A stretch of DNA of 64,000 bases, taken from the NCBI GenBank assembly GCA_012841525.1, contig DUUO01000005.1:64104-128103 (forward strand), given 5' to 3'. The translations under genes were made by a program, and so were the position numbers. Position 1 is the first letter of the stretch, and each line of letters starts with the position of its first letter. Shown piece after piece: positions 1 to 10,479 of the stretch. This stretch comes from Clostridiales bacterium. GTDB taxonomy: Bacteria > Bacillota > Clostridia > Christensenellales > DTU072. The notes under the pieces are model-generated. The model saw nothing but the letters and a program-made list of their open reading frames with translations. It was not told the origin of the DNA and ran no database searches.

Positions 1-1596
1 AATAAAGTCTACACTTTTAATTTAATAGATACACCAGGTCATGTTGATTTTACTTATGAAGTTTCACGATCACTTGCTGCTTGTGAGGGAGCAATTTTGA
101 TAGTTGATGCTTCTCAAGGTATTGAAGCACAAACTTTAACGAATGTCTATTTAGCATTAGAAAATGATTTAACAATTATTCCAGTAATAAATAAAATTGA
201 CCTTGCATCTGCACAACCTGATTTGGTTAAAAAGGAAATAGAGGATGTTATAGGGCTTGATGCCTCTGATGCATCGTTAATTAGTGCAAAAGAAGGAATC
301 GGAATAACTGATTTGTTAGATAAAATTATTGACCTAATCCCACCACCTACAGGAGACAAAAATAAACCCTTAAAAGCATTAATCTTTGATAGTATGTATG
401 ATAATTTCAAAGGTGCTATTTGTAATGTAAGAATAGTGGAAGGAAGCATTAAAAAAGGCGATATAATTAAAATGTTTTCAACTGGAAAAGAATTTGAATG
501 TACGGAAGTTGGAATTTTCACTCCTTCAATGCAGGCAGTTGCAAGCTTAAATGCTGGAGATGTTGGATATATTGCAGCAAGTATAAAAAATGTAAAAGAT
601 ACATCAGTGGGCGATACAATTACAACTGTGATTAATCCAGCAAAAGAACCACTTCCTGGATATAAAAAAGCATCTCCAATGGTCTTTGCAGGAATTTATC
701 CAGCTGATGGAAGTAAATATAATTATTTAAGAGAAGCAATGGAAAAATTGAATTTAAATGATGCATCATTGATTTTTGAGCCAGAAAGTTCTGGAGCATT
801 AGGTTTTGGTTTTAGAGTCGGTTTTTTAGGCTTATTACACATGGAAATTATTGTTGAAAGACTTGAAAGAGAGTTCGATTTAGATCTTGTAACAACAGCA
901 CCTAGCGTTGTTTATAAAGTGATAAAAACTGATGGCAAAGAAATTACTGTAGATAATCCTACTCATTTTCCAAACCCTACAGAAATTGAACAAATTTTAG
1001 AGCCCGTTGTAAATGCAAATATATATACACCGCCAGAATATGTAGGAGCCATTATGGAGTTATGTCAAGATAAAAGAGGCGATTATTTAAATATGACATA
1101 TATTGATGCATCTAGAGTAAAACTTGACTACAAAATACCTTTATCTGAAATAATTTATGATTTTTTTGATATATTAAAATCACGTTCTAAAGGATATGCG
1201 AGCTTAGATTACGAAATAATTGGCTATGAGCCAAATAATTTAGTTAAACTTGATTTTTTATTAAATGGAGAGGTATGCGATGCATTATCTTTAATTGTTC
1301 ATAAAGACTTTGCCTATGCAAGAGGTCGTTCAATTGCAGAAAAATTAAAAAATGCTATACCTAGACAAATGTTTGAAATTCCGATTCAAGCTTCTATTGG
1401 CTCTAAAATTATTGCAAGAGAAACTGTAAAAGCATTGAGAAAAGATGTTTTAGCAAAATGCTATGGTGGCGATATTTCAAGAAAGAAAAAATTGTTAGAA
1501 AAGCAAAAAGAAGGTAAAAAAAGAATGAGACAAGTAGGTTCTGTTCAAATTCCTTCTGAAGCATTTATGTCTATTCTCAAATACGATGGTAAATAA
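1..1596 (+). CDS. lepA: Elongation factor 4 (LepA), 5'-truncated by the window edge
   Basis: Frame 1 is open from nt 1 ([45 protein letters not shown] = GTPase G2/G3 region). The C-terminus has the typical LepA ending ...[25 protein letters not shown]. Synteny with hemW/hrcA as in Firmicutes. Confidence 0.95.
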   Translation, partial: NKVYTFNLIDTPGHVDFTYEVSRSLAACEGAILIVDASQGIEAQTLTNVYLALENDLTIIPVINKIDLASAQPDLVKKEIEDVIGLDASDASLISAKEGIGITDLLDKIIDLIPPPTGDKNKPLKALIFDSMYDNFKGAICNVRIVEGSIKKGDIIKMFSTGKEFECTEVGIFTPSMQAVASLNAGDVGYIAASIKNVKDTSVGDTITTVINPAKEPLPGYKKASPMVFAGIYPADGSKYNYLREAMEKLNLNDASLIFEPESSGALGFGFRVGFLGLLHMEIIVERLEREFDLDLVTTAPSVVYKVIKTDGKEITVDNPTHFPNPTEIEQILEPVVNANIYTPPEYVGAIMELCQDKRGDYLNMTYIDASRVKLDYKIPLSEIIYDFFDILKSRSKGYASLDYEIIGYEPNNLVKLDFLLNGEVCDALSLIVHKDFAYARGRSIAEKLKNAIPRQMFEIPIQASIGSKIIARETVKALRKDVLAKCYGGDISRKKKLLEKQKEGKKRMRQVGSVQIPSEAFMSILKYDGK

Positions 1597-1691
1597 TTAT
1601 ATATAAATATTTATAGATTTTATAATCAAATTGCTAGTTGAAAACAATGTTTATATATTTATTTTTGTTTTAGATTTAATTTAGGATATAA

Positions 1692-2801
1692 ATGAACAAT
1701 AAAAAATCTTCAAATTTAATTGATGAATTAGGAATATATGTGCATATTCCTTTTTGTTTGAAAAAATGTTATTACTGCGATTTCTTTTCACAGCCTATTT
1801 CAAATGAAAAAGTTCAATTTTATGTTAAAAAATTAAAAAATGAAATCAATAATGTAAAAAATTTATTGATTGATAGAAAAATAAACACTTTATATTTTGG
1901 TGGTGGAACACCAAATACAATAACTAAACAAGATTTTTATGAAATATATGATTGCATATACAATAATTTTAATTTAGCATTAAATGAATTTACTGTTGAA
2001 ATTAATCCAGGGGCAGGTCTTAATCCAGAATTTTTAAAAAACTTAGGAGTTAATCGTGCTTCAGTTGGTGTTCAATCATTAAATGATAAATCATTAACAA
2101 GTATTGGAAGAATACATTCGAAAGATATGGCAATAAAATGTTTAGATGAACATTCTAAATATTTTGATAATTTATCGTGTGATTTAATGCTTGGAATACC
2201 ATATCAAACAAAAGATGATATAAAATATTTTATTGATACTGTATCTAAATATGTTAAGCACATTTCGGTATATATGTTAGAAGTACCAAAACAGTCAAAA
2301 TTAAAATTTATGATAGATAGGGGATTAAAGGTTGCAGATGAAGATAAACTTGCCGATTTTTATAATTTTACTTATAACTTATTAAAAGAATATAATTTTA
2401 GCAGATATGAAGTAAGTAATTTTTCATTATCAGGATATGAAAGCAAACATAATTTAATATATTGGAAGTATATGGACTATTTAGGACTAGGCTCATCTGC
2501 TTGCAGTAAAATTGGAAATATTAGATATTCAAATTCAAAATCTCTTGATTATCAAAAAGAGAAAGAGGAATTATCTATAAAAGAAATGGAAAATGAGTTT
2601 ATTATGTTATCTTTAAGATTAGAAGAAGGATTGGATTTAACTCAATATCAAAATCTTTTTAATATTAATTTTTTTGATAAATATTCAAACAAAATAAAAA
2701 AACTTATAAAATATTTAGACATTAGTGATACATATATAAGGATAAAATCACAGTATTTAATTTTTGAAAATTCTATTTTAGTGGAATTATTAGATTTTTA
2801 A
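1692..2801 (+). CDS. hemW: HemN-family radical SAM protein, heme chaperone HemW-like
   Basis: Radical-SAM CxxxCxxC (IPFCLKKCYYCDF) near the N-terminus, about 370 aa. Conserved position between lepA and hrcA. Confidence 0.8.
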   Translation: MNNKKSSNLIDELGIYVHIPFCLKKCYYCDFFSQPISNEKVQFYVKKLKNEINNVKNLLIDRKINTLYFGGGTPNTITKQDFYEIYDCIYNNFNLALNEFTVEINPGAGLNPEFLKNLGVNRASVGVQSLNDKSLTSIGRIHSKDMAIKCLDEHSKYFDNLSCDLMLGIPYQTKDDIKYFIDTVSKYVKHISVYMLEVPKQSKLKFMIDRGLKVADEDKLADFYNFTYNLLKEYNFSRYEVSNFSLSGYESKHNLIYWKYMDYLGLGSSACSKIGNIRYSNSKSLDYQKEKEELSIKEMENEFIMLSLRLEEGLDLTQYQNLFNINFFDKYSNKIKKLIKYLDISDTYIRIKSQYLIFENSILVELLDF

Positions 2802-2805
2802 TTTT

Positions 2806-2860
2806 CTTTTAATATTTTGTTGACATTCTTTTAATATTTTGTTGACATTAATATTTTGTA
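2806..2860. repeat. 22-bp tandem direct repeat (2 full copies plus a partial third), each full copy carrying a TTGACA
   Basis: cttttaatattttgttgacatt occurs at 2806-2827 and again at 2828-2849, followed by the partial copy aatattttgt. Confidence 0.85.
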
Positions 2861-2869
2861 TGATATAAT
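2842..2869 (+). promoter_or_regulatory. SigmaA-type promoter of the hrcA-grpE-dnaK-dnaJ operon
   Basis: TTGACA (2842-2847), 16-nt spacer, extended -10 TGaTATAAT (TATAAT 2864-2869). It lies immediately upstream of CIRCE. Confidence 0.55.
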
Positions 2870-2873
2870 AAAT

Positions 2874-2900
2874 TTAGCAGTTGAACAACATGACTGCTAA
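2874..2900. promoter_or_regulatory. CIRCE operator (HrcA binding site)
   Basis: TTAGCAGTT-N9-GACTGCTAA, a 9-bp inverted repeat with a 9-nt spacer. The remembered consensus is TTAGCACTC-N9-GAGTGCTAA. Located between the promoter and hrcA. Confidence 0.85.
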
Positions 2901-2939
2901 CAGTCGCAAATAATGTTTGCTAAAAACAAGGGAAAGAAA

Positions 2940-3950
2940 ATGAAAAAGAATTTATCTGATCGTAAAATAAAAGCAATTAAAGTAATTGTAGAGGAATATC
3001 TTAAAAATCCTACTCCAGTTTCTTCAGGAGAGATACAAAGAAAATACTTTAAAGATTTATGTTCTGCTACAATTCGTTCAGAAATGTCTTCTCTTGAAGA
3101 TTTGGGTTATTTAGTTCAACCTCATGCTTCTTCTGGGAGAATACCAACTGTACTTGCTTATAAATTTTATGTAGAAAATTTTGTTGATAAAAAAACTTTA
3201 CATTATAAGGACAAACAATTAATAGAAAATGCATTTAAATCTGGATTTAACAAAATTGAAGATATTGTAAGAACAACTGCAAAAATTATTTCCGATGTTA
3301 CAAATTATACTTCTGTTATTGTCATTAATAATTATAACGAAATACTTATTAGAGAAATAAAGCTTGTACCAATAGAAGATGCAGTTTTAGTTATTATAAT
3401 TACAGATAATGGAGTGTTAAAAGATAATATTATCAAATTGAATCATCCAATTGAGGAAGGCTATATAAAAGATGCAACACTAATATTGAATAGGATATTC
3501 CAAAATTTGAAATTAAAAGATTTGGAAAAAACACCAGTTTTAATAGACAAAGAGCTTGAAAGATTTTCTGAATTAATTCAAACAGTTATGGACATGTTAG
3601 AAAATTATACTGCTAAAGAAGATGCAATATATGTTGAGGGTGTATCTAAGATTTTAGATTATCCTGACGCATCTTTAGAAACAGCAAGACATTTGATAAA
3701 TGTTATTAATAAAAAAAGCGATTTAATTGATATATTATCTGTAAATGATGTTAATGATATTGAGTTTTCCGTTAAAATCGGTAAAGATGAGACTGGCCTG
3801 GTCGATAATTGCGCAGTAATTGTTGCAAAAATTTTAGTCGATGGTGAAGAAGTGGGAAAAGCAGGTGTCATTGGCCCAAAAAGAATGGATTATGCAAAAG
3901 TTATATCTGTTTTATCATATATCGGTGATACTTTTGATGAAATTGAATAG
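2940..3950 (+). CDS. hrcA: Heat-inducible transcription repressor HrcA
   Basis: N-terminal winged-helix region (LSDRKIKAIKVIVEEYLKNPTPVSSGEI), size and position upstream of grpE-dnaK-dnaJ. ATG at 2940 is preceded by GGGAAAG. The ORF track start at 2913 is an in-frame alternative. Confidence 0.9.
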   Translation: MKKNLSDRKIKAIKVIVEEYLKNPTPVSSGEIQRKYFKDLCSATIRSEMSSLEDLGYLVQPHASSGRIPTVLAYKFYVENFVDKKTLHYKDKQLIENAFKSGFNKIEDIVRTTAKIISDVTNYTSVIVINNYNEILIREIKLVPIEDAVLVIIITDNGVLKDNIIKLNHPIEEGYIKDATLILNRIFQNLKLKDLEKTPVLIDKELERFSELIQTVMDMLENYTAKEDAIYVEGVSKILDYPDASLETARHLINVINKKSDLIDILSVNDVNDIEFSVKIGKDETGLVDNCAVIVAKILVDGEEVGKAGVIGPKRMDYAKVISVLSYIGDTFDEIE

Positions 3951-4031
3951 AAATAATTAAAATTCATATAAATATAATGTTGCTAGCTACTGATAGTTAA
4001 ATTCAAACGACATTATGCTGAGAGATTATAA

Positions 4032-4559
4032 ATGGCTGAAAACAAAGAAAAAAAATCAAAAAAAACTGAAATGCAAGAAATAACAGTTGAAGATAATGTA
4101 GAAAAAACTGATTATAGTGTAGAACAATTACTAGAAATGGCACAAAAAACTGCTGATGAATATAAGCATGCAGCACAAAGAGTTCAAGCAGAGTTTGAAA
4201 ATTATAAAAAAAGAAACTTAAAAGCAGTTGAGGAAGCGAAAGAAGACGGGGAAACCAATGTTTTATTTTCAGTAATACAAACTTTAGATACAATTGATGT
4301 TGCATTAGAAATGATTGGAGATAGCGATGACAATGTTAAAGAAGGAGTTAATTTGATAAAAAAACAATTACTTTCTACTTTAGAAAAGTATAAAGTTAAA
4401 GAAATTGTTTGTATAGGAGAAGAGTTTGATCCAAATTATCATAATGCCGTTATGCAAGAAGAATGTGAAAATAAAAACAAAATCCTTGATGTATTGCAAA
4501 AAGGATATACAAGAAATGGAAAAGTAATTAGATATTCTATGGTTAAAGTAGGGGTCTAG
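4032..4559 (+). CDS. grpE: Nucleotide exchange factor GrpE
   Basis: Coiled-coil N-terminus, RVQAEFENYKKR motif, C-terminal beta domain ...GYTRNGKVIRYSMVKV. Operon context. Confidence 0.9.
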   Translation: MAENKEKKSKKTEMQEITVEDNVEKTDYSVEQLLEMAQKTADEYKHAAQRVQAEFENYKKRNLKAVEEAKEDGETNVLFSVIQTLDTIDVALEMIGDSDDNVKEGVNLIKKQLLSTLEKYKVKEIVCIGEEFDPNYHNAVMQEECENKNKILDVLQKGYTRNGKVIRYSMVKVGV

Positions 4560-4646
4560 AAACTGATTATTATTTAATATTGCAAACTATAATACTTATT
4601 ATTATTTGAAATAAATTATAAAATAAATTAAAAGGAGATAAATGTT

Positions 4647-6464
4647 ATGTCAAAAATTATAGGAATTGATTTAGGAACTACAAATTCATGTGTAGCTGTA
4701 ATGGAAGGTGGAGAACCTGTCGTAATACCAAATGCTGAAGGTTCAAGAACTACACCATCTGTTGTTGCATTTACGAAAGATGGTGAACGTTTAGTTGGTC
4801 AAGTTGCAAAAAGGCAAGCAATAGTAAATCCAGAACACACAGTTATGTCAATAAAAAGAGAAATGGGTACTGACCATAAGGTTAAAATAGATGATAAAAC
4901 TTATACAGCGCCAGAAATTTCTGCAATGATTTTACAAAAATTAAAAACTGATGCTGAAACATATTTAGGTTCAAAAGTAACGCAAGCAGTTATTACTGTA
5001 CCAGCATATTTTTCAGACAGTCAAAGACAAGCAACAAAAGATGCTGGAACTATTGCAGGACTGGAAGTGCTTAGAATTATCAATGAGCCAACTGCCGCTG
5101 CTTTTGCATATGGCATGAACAAAGATTCTCAAAAAATATTAGTATATGATTTGGGTGGCGGAACTTTTGATGTGTCAATATTAGATATTGGTGATGGTGT
5201 TATTGAAGTTCTTTCAACTAATGGAAACACAAAACTTGGTGGCGATGATTTTGATGAAAAAATCATGGATTGGGTTGTACAAGAATTTAAAAATGACAAT
5301 GGAATAGATCTTTCGAAAGATAAAATGGCTATGCAAAGAGTTAGAGAAGCAGCAGAAAAAGCAAAAATTGAGCTATCTACTTTAATGAAAGCAAATATTA
5401 ACTTGCCATTTATTACAGCAGGAGCAAATGGCCCATTGCATTTTGATAAAGATTTAACAAGGGCAAAGTTTAATGATATGACTGCAGAATTAATAAAATC
5501 TACTTTAGGTCCTGTTCGTCAAGCTCTAAAAGATGCTAAATTAAAAACAGATGATATAGATAGAGTTATACTAGTAGGTGGATCTACAAGAATACCTGCT
5601 GTTGTTGATGCTGTTGAATCTTTAATGGGTAAGGCACCATATAAAGGAATTAATCCAGATGAATGTGTTGCATTAGGTGCTGCAATTCAAGGTGGTGTTT
5701 TAGCAGGAGATGTTAAAGACATTTTACTACTTGATGTTACTCCGTTGTCTTTAGGTATTGAAACTTTAGGTGGAGTTTTTACAAAACTAATTGAAAGAAA
5801 TACAACGATTCCAACTAAAAAATCTCAAATATTCTCTACTGCTGCTGACAATCAACCAGCTGTTGATATTCATGTTTTACAAGGCGAAAGAGCAATGGCT
5901 GCTGATAATAAAACACTAGGTAGATTTGAATTAACAGGTATTCCACCAGCAATGAGAGGTGTACCACAAATCGAAGTTACTTTTGAAATTGATGAAAATG
6001 GTATTGTTTCTGTCACCGCACTTGATAAAGGTACAAATAAAAAAGCTAATATTGTTATAACTGCTTCAAGCAATTTGTCTGAAAGCGATATTGATAAAGC
6101 TGTTAAAGAAGCAGAACAATTCGCTGAAGAAGATAAGAAAAAGAAAGAATTAATTGATATGAAAAATGCTTGTGAACAATTAATATTGGCAATTGATAAA
6201 TCTTTAGTAGAAAGTGGAGATAAATTAACTGAAGAAGACAAAACTACACTTAAAGATGCCTCAAAAGAAGCAAAAGAAGAACTTGCCAAGGCTGAAACTG
6301 TTGAAGATGTTCAAAAAATTACAGAAAAATTATCTCAAGTATCTAATCCTATTTTTACAAAGTTATATCAAGATGCAACATCAAATGATGAAAATGGTGG
6401 AGATACAGGAACAAAATTTGATGATGGCACAACAATAAATGTTGATCCTGAAGATGTTCAATAA
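4647..6464 (+). CDS. dnaK: Molecular chaperone DnaK (Hsp70)
   Basis: [37 protein letters not shown] signatures. AAGGAG RBS upstream. Confidence 0.98.
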   Translation: MSKIIGIDLGTTNSCVAVMEGGEPVVIPNAEGSRTTPSVVAFTKDGERLVGQVAKRQAIVNPEHTVMSIKREMGTDHKVKIDDKTYTAPEISAMILQKLKTDAETYLGSKVTQAVITVPAYFSDSQRQATKDAGTIAGLEVLRIINEPTAAAFAYGMNKDSQKILVYDLGGGTFDVSILDIGDGVIEVLSTNGNTKLGGDDFDEKIMDWVVQEFKNDNGIDLSKDKMAMQRVREAAEKAKIELSTLMKANINLPFITAGANGPLHFDKDLTRAKFNDMTAELIKSTLGPVRQALKDAKLKTDDIDRVILVGGSTRIPAVVDAVESLMGKAPYKGINPDECVALGAAIQGGVLAGDVKDILLLDVTPLSLGIETLGGVFTKLIERNTTIPTKKSQIFSTAADNQPAVDIHVLQGERAMAADNKTLGRFELTGIPPAMRGVPQIEVTFEIDENGIVSVTALDKGTNKKANIVITASSNLSESDIDKAVKEAEQFAEEDKKKKELIDMKNACEQLILAIDKSLVESGDKLTEEDKTTLKDASKEAKEELAKAETVEDVQKITEKLSQVSNPIFTKLYQDATSNDENGGDTGTKFDDGTTINVDPEDVQ

Positions 6465-6492
6465 AGTTTAATAAAACTTAATAATTATAGAT

Positions 6493-6525
6493 GTAGCCAA
6501 GTTTATATTTGGCTACTTCTATTTG
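6493..6525 (+). terminator. Stem-loop between dnaK and dnaJ (possible partial terminator or attenuator)
   Basis: GTAGCCAA (6493-6500) / TTGGCTAC (6509-6516) with an 8-nt loop, followed by a weak T-rich tract ttctattt. Confidence 0.35.
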
Positions 6526-6566
6526 CAAAAACTAAATAAAAAACTACTAAGGATAATATAAAAATT

Positions 6567-7718
6567 ATGGCACAAAAAGATTATTATAAAATTTTAGGCG
6601 TAGACAAAAATGCCACTCAAGATGAAATTAAGTCAGCTTATAGAAAGCTTGCTAAACAGTGGCATCCTGATGTTTATGCAAATGACACTGAAGAAAAGAA
6701 AAAACAAGCAAAAGAAAAGTTCCAAGAAATTCAACACGCTTATAGCGTTTTATCTGATGCAGATAAAAAAGCAAAATATGATCAATTTGGTTCTGAAGAT
6801 GGGCCTCAATTTGATCCTAATCAAGGATTTAGCGGTGGATTTGGCAATTTTGGTGGTTTCGCCGATATTTTTGGTGATCTTTTTTCAAATTTTGGTGGAA
6901 GTGGTCATGATAGCAGAGCAAATGCAGCCAGAATGGGAGATGACATTGAGTTTATAATTAATCTTTCATTTGAAGAAGCAGCGTTTGGAATATCAAAAGA
7001 GATTAAGTTTTCAAGAGTCGAAAATTGTGTTGCATGTAAGGGAACTGGAGCAAAAAATGGAACTGCTTTTAAAACATGTACTCAATGTGGCGGTAAAGGT
7101 AGAATCACTGTTGATCAAAGGACTATGCTTGGTGTCATGAGAACTGAAAGAACTTGTGATATGTGTAATGGAACTGGAAAAATCATTACAGATCAATGTA
7201 CTGTTTGTTCTGGAAGAGGACGTATTAGAAAACAAAGAAGTGTTAATGTAAACATTCCAGCTGGTATTGATAACAATCAAATGCTTACTGTAAGAGGTGA
7301 AGGTAATGCTGGATTTAATGGTGGCGAAAATGGCAACTTAATATTAATTTTCAAAGTTAGTCCTCATAAATTATTTAGACGTGAAGGCAATAATTTGTTT
7401 ATGGATTTACCAATTAAGGTTTCTTTAGCAATTTTAGGTGGTTCAGTAGAAATTCCAACTTTAACAAAACGTGTTAAAATTAACATTCCACAAGGAACAC
7501 AAGATGGAGTAAGATTAAAAGTAAAAGGATATGGAATTAAAGATTTACGCAAGAAATCATATGGGGATTTATATATAAACATTAAGGTTGATATTCCTAA
7601 AAACTTAAATACTAAGCAGAAAAAAGCACTAAAAGATTCATTGTCAATACTTGATTCTGCACAATATGAAAATGTAGAAAAATATCAAAAGATTGAAAAT
7701 CAAATTTCTAAAAATTGA
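6567..7718 (+). CDS. dnaJ: Co-chaperone DnaJ (type I)
   Basis: J-domain with HPD (QWHPDVY), G/F-rich linker, four CxxCxGxG zinc-finger repeats. Ends with a TGA stop. Confidence 0.95.
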   Translation: MAQKDYYKILGVDKNATQDEIKSAYRKLAKQWHPDVYANDTEEKKKQAKEKFQEIQHAYSVLSDADKKAKYDQFGSEDGPQFDPNQGFSGGFGNFGGFADIFGDLFSNFGGSGHDSRANAARMGDDIEFIINLSFEEAAFGISKEIKFSRVENCVACKGTGAKNGTAFKTCTQCGGKGRITVDQRTMLGVMRTERTCDMCNGTGKIITDQCTVCSGRGRIRKQRSVNVNIPAGIDNNQMLTVRGEGNAGFNGGENGNLILIFKVSPHKLFRREGNNLFMDLPIKVSLAILGGSVEIPTLTKRVKINIPQGTQDGVRLKVKGYGIKDLRKKSYGDLYINIKVDIPKNLNTKQKKALKDSLSILDSAQYENVEKYQKIENQISKN

Positions 7719-7766
7719 TATTTTAATTAATGATGTATGTAAATATTAAATTTTTAAAATAGATGT

Positions 7767-8684
7767 ATGCTATCTGAAATAACAATTGAATTTAAAGGTG
7801 AAAATATTGAAGTTTTATATGATGCTTTGTATTTAGCAAATATTTTTTTGTATTCAGTAATTGATAAAAAAGATTTTATTGATGTGACAAAATCTAAAAT
7901 TAATTGGGATTATATTGATGAAAAAGCATTGTCTAGTTATCAAGAGTTTCCAACTGTCAAAATAATTTTGGAAAATAAAGTAATTACTGAAAAAATTAAT
8001 GAACTAAAAAACATATTAGAAAATTTTAATATAAAACAAGATGATTATGTAATTTCAATAAAAGATTATATAGATTATGATTGGCTAAAAAAATGGAAAG
8101 AATTTTATTCAGTTATAGATGTAGGAAAATTTCAAATTATTCCAATTTGGGAAAAAAGTTCATATGAATATTTTAAAATACCAATATACATTAATCCTTC
8201 CGTTGCTTTTGGAACTGGTGAGCATGAAAGCACAAAAATTGCTTTATTTTTATTGTCAGAACTTAAAATAGGCTTCACGGTGCTTGATGTTGGTACAGGC
8301 AGTGGAATATTAGGAATTGCAGCAGCAAAATTAGGTGCAAATAAAATACACCTTATTGATGTTGATATAAATGCACTGCAAAATACTAATGAAAATGTTG
8401 TTGAAAATGATGTTCAATCTAAATGCAAAATATATCAAAGTTCTTTTTTGTCAAATGTAAATGAAAAGTTTGATTTGATAATATCAAATATGACAGCTGA
8501 TTTAAATTTAGAGCTGTTAAAAAACTTAAAAAAAGTTTGTAAAAAAGGAACAAAAATTATTTTGTCAGGAATTATTTTAGAGAGAAAAGAAAAAGTTATT
8601 AATAGTTATTTTAATGAAGGATTCAATTTAATTTTAGAAAAAAATATTGGTGAGTGGGTAGGTTTGACTTTTGAGTATAAATAG
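7767..8684 (+). CDS. prmA: Ribosomal protein L11 methyltransferase PrmA
   Basis: AFGTGEHESTK motif, SAM-binding VLDVGTGSGILGI. Conserved position after dnaJ. Confidence 0.85.
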   Translation: MLSEITIEFKGENIEVLYDALYLANIFLYSVIDKKDFIDVTKSKINWDYIDEKALSSYQEFPTVKIILENKVITEKINELKNILENFNIKQDDYVISIKDYIDYDWLKKWKEFYSVIDVGKFQIIPIWEKSSYEYFKIPIYINPSVAFGTGEHESTKIALFLLSELKIGFTVLDVGTGSGILGIAAAKLGANKIHLIDVDINALQNTNENVVENDVQSKCKIYQSSFLSNVNEKFDLIISNMTADLNLELLKNLKKVCKKGTKIILSGIILERKEKVINSYFNEGFNLILEKNIGEWVGLTFEYK

Positions 8685-8693
8685 TGGTGATTT

Positions 8694-9938
8694 ATGAGCA
8701 AAAAAAAGGTTTGCATTTTTAGTTTGGGCTGTAAAACAAATCAGTATGAAGCAAGTTGTTTAGCAACATCATTTTATGAAAAAGGATTTGATGTAAGTTT
8801 TAATCTTGATAAATCTGATATATACATAATTAATACATGTGCGGTGACAAACGAAGCTGAAAGAAAATCTAGGCAAGCAATTCAAAGAGCAAAAAGTCTA
8901 AATGATAAAGCTAAAATTATTGTTATTGGTTGTGCCTCGCAGGCAAACAAAAACAATTTTATTAATAAAAAAGTTGATCTGATTAAGGGATCATATGGAA
9001 AATCTAATTTAATAAAACAATTTTCTGAAAACGGAACATTCATAGAAGATGAACCAATAATATATGAAAAGTTTCCCAAACCATATGTTTTAGACAAAAC
9101 GAGAGCTTTGTTAAAAATTCAAGATGGATGTAATAATTATTGTTCATATTGTATTATCCCATATGTTAGAGGAAGGTCTAGATCAAGAAAAATTGAAGAT
9201 ATTATTGAAGAAGCAAAGTATATAGAAAGTTTTTCATCTGAAATCGTTGTAACTGGAATAAATATTGCTTCATTTGGTAAAGATACAAATGAATCTATTA
9301 ATGATTTAATTAAAGAGCTTTCAAGGATAAAATCTAGATTTCGTTTTGGTTCTCTTTATGTTGAAATGATAAATGAAGAATTATTATCAACACTAAAATC
9401 TTGTAATAATTTTTGTCCTCATTTTCATCTATCGTTACAAAGTGGATCCGACGCTGTTTTAAAAGATATGAACAGAAAGTATACAACATCAGATTATAAA
9501 AATGCTGTGGCTTTAATTAGAAAATATTTTCCAACTGCTAGTATTACAACCGATATTATTGTCGGTTACCCATCGGAAACAGAAAACAATTTTAACGAAA
9601 CAATCAATTTTATTAAAGATATTAAATTTTCTAATATACATATATTTAAGTTTTCACCTAAAAAAGGAACAAAAGCATCCATGTTAAAAACACTGCCAAC
9701 TTCTATATTAAATTATAGAATGCAAGTTATGAAAAACCTAAAAAAAGAATTAATTGAAAATTATTTAAATTTAAATATTGGTTCAACTCAAGAAGTTATT
9801 TTTGAAAAAAATGAAGATGAGTTAAAAGTAGGGCACAGTAGAAATTATTTAAAAGTTTATGCAAAATCCAATAAAGATATTGCAAATGTTTTTTGTCACA
9901 AAATATATAAAGATGGTTTGCTTGGCGAAGAAATTTAG
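8694..9938 (+). CDS. mtaB: MiaB-family radical SAM methylthiotransferase, MtaB-like
   Basis: N-terminal UPF0004 domain (FSLGCKTNQYEA), radical-SAM CNNYCSYC. Position equivalent to B. subtilis yqeV. Confidence 0.8.
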   Translation: MSKKKVCIFSLGCKTNQYEASCLATSFYEKGFDVSFNLDKSDIYIINTCAVTNEAERKSRQAIQRAKSLNDKAKIIVIGCASQANKNNFINKKVDLIKGSYGKSNLIKQFSENGTFIEDEPIIYEKFPKPYVLDKTRALLKIQDGCNNYCSYCIIPYVRGRSRSRKIEDIIEEAKYIESFSSEIVVTGINIASFGKDTNESINDLIKELSRIKSRFRFGSLYVEMINEELLSTLKSCNNFCPHFHLSLQSGSDAVLKDMNRKYTTSDYKNAVALIRKYFPTASITTDIIVGYPSETENNFNETINFIKDIKFSNIHIFKFSPKKGTKASMLKTLPTSILNYRMQVMKNLKKELIENYLNLNIGSTQEVIFEKNEDELKVGHSRNYLKVYAKSNKDIANVFCHKIYKDGLLGEEI

Positions 9939-10009
9939 TTTTATGTTTAAAAAATGTTATAATTACATTATCATATGATAAAAAATTAAACTAAAAATGT
10001 GAGGTAAAA

Positions 10010-10354
10010 ATGGATAATTGTATATTTTGCAAAATTGTTAACAAAGAAATCCCTTCTAAATTTCTTTACGAAGATGATGATATGATCATAATAGAAGACA
10101 TTAGTCCAATGGCAAAAAAACATTTTTTAGCAATACCGAAATTGCATTTTCAAGATATAACATCTATGAGTGATCATGATGCTGAAGTTTTAGGAAAAAT
10201 TTTAAAGAAAATAGGCGTTTTAAGCAATGATTTATTAAATTTGCAAAACGGATTTAGAATTGTAATTAATAAAGGTGAACATGGATGTCAATCAGTGTTT
10301 CATTTGCACATTCATATTTTGGGTGGGGAGCAATTATCTGAAAAGTTTAATTAA
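10010..10354 (+). CDS. HIT-family (histidine triad) nucleotide-binding protein
   Basis: CIFCKI N-terminus and HLHIHILGG histidine-triad motif, 114 aa. Confidence 0.9.
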   Translation: MDNCIFCKIVNKEIPSKFLYEDDDMIIIEDISPMAKKHFLAIPKLHFQDITSMSDHDAEVLGKILKKIGVLSNDLLNLQNGFRIVINKGEHGCQSVFHLHIHILGGEQLSEKFN

Positions 10355-10357
10355 AAA

Positions 10358-10390
10358 GTTTTAAATTGCTGCTTTAAAACCAATTTTTAT
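10358..10390 (+). terminator. Rho-independent terminator after the HIT gene
   Basis: GTTTTAAA (10358-10365) / TTTAAAAC (10373-10380) stem with a 7-nt loop, then caATTTTTAtt. Confidence 0.45.
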
Positions 10391-10423
10391 TAATATTGAG
10401 TTTTTTGTCAGATTGGTTTTAAT

Positions 10424-10452
10424 TTGACATTTACTGACATTTATCATATTAT
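10424..10452 (+). promoter_or_regulatory. SigmaA-type promoter for the ABC transporter gene
   Basis: TTGACA (10424-10429), 17-nt spacer, TATTAT (10447-10452). The spacer contains the direct repeat TGACATTTA x2. Confidence 0.45.
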
Positions 10453-10479
10453 TTTTTTATTAAGCAACTAGGAGTAAAT

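Noticed and set aside
147-521. Antisense or alternative-frame ORFs of 60-140 aa inside well-supported genes. This one lies in lepA. Others are 4003-4305, 5870-6289, 6610-6957, 12606-12905, 32046-32477, 41702-42112, 51661-51999, 56296-56643 and 63234-63479.
   Set aside because: Each lies wholly inside a conserved CDS on the other strand or frame. They lack RBSs and translate to Ser/Phe/Ile/Leu-rich low-complexity strings typical of the mirror frames of AT-rich genes.
2806-2860. Short tandem repeats (here, and at 44408-44448, 49406-40 and 54957-55073) as a CRISPR array or minisatellite.
   Set aside because: Each has only 2-3 directly abutting copies with no unique spacers, and no cas genes are in the window.
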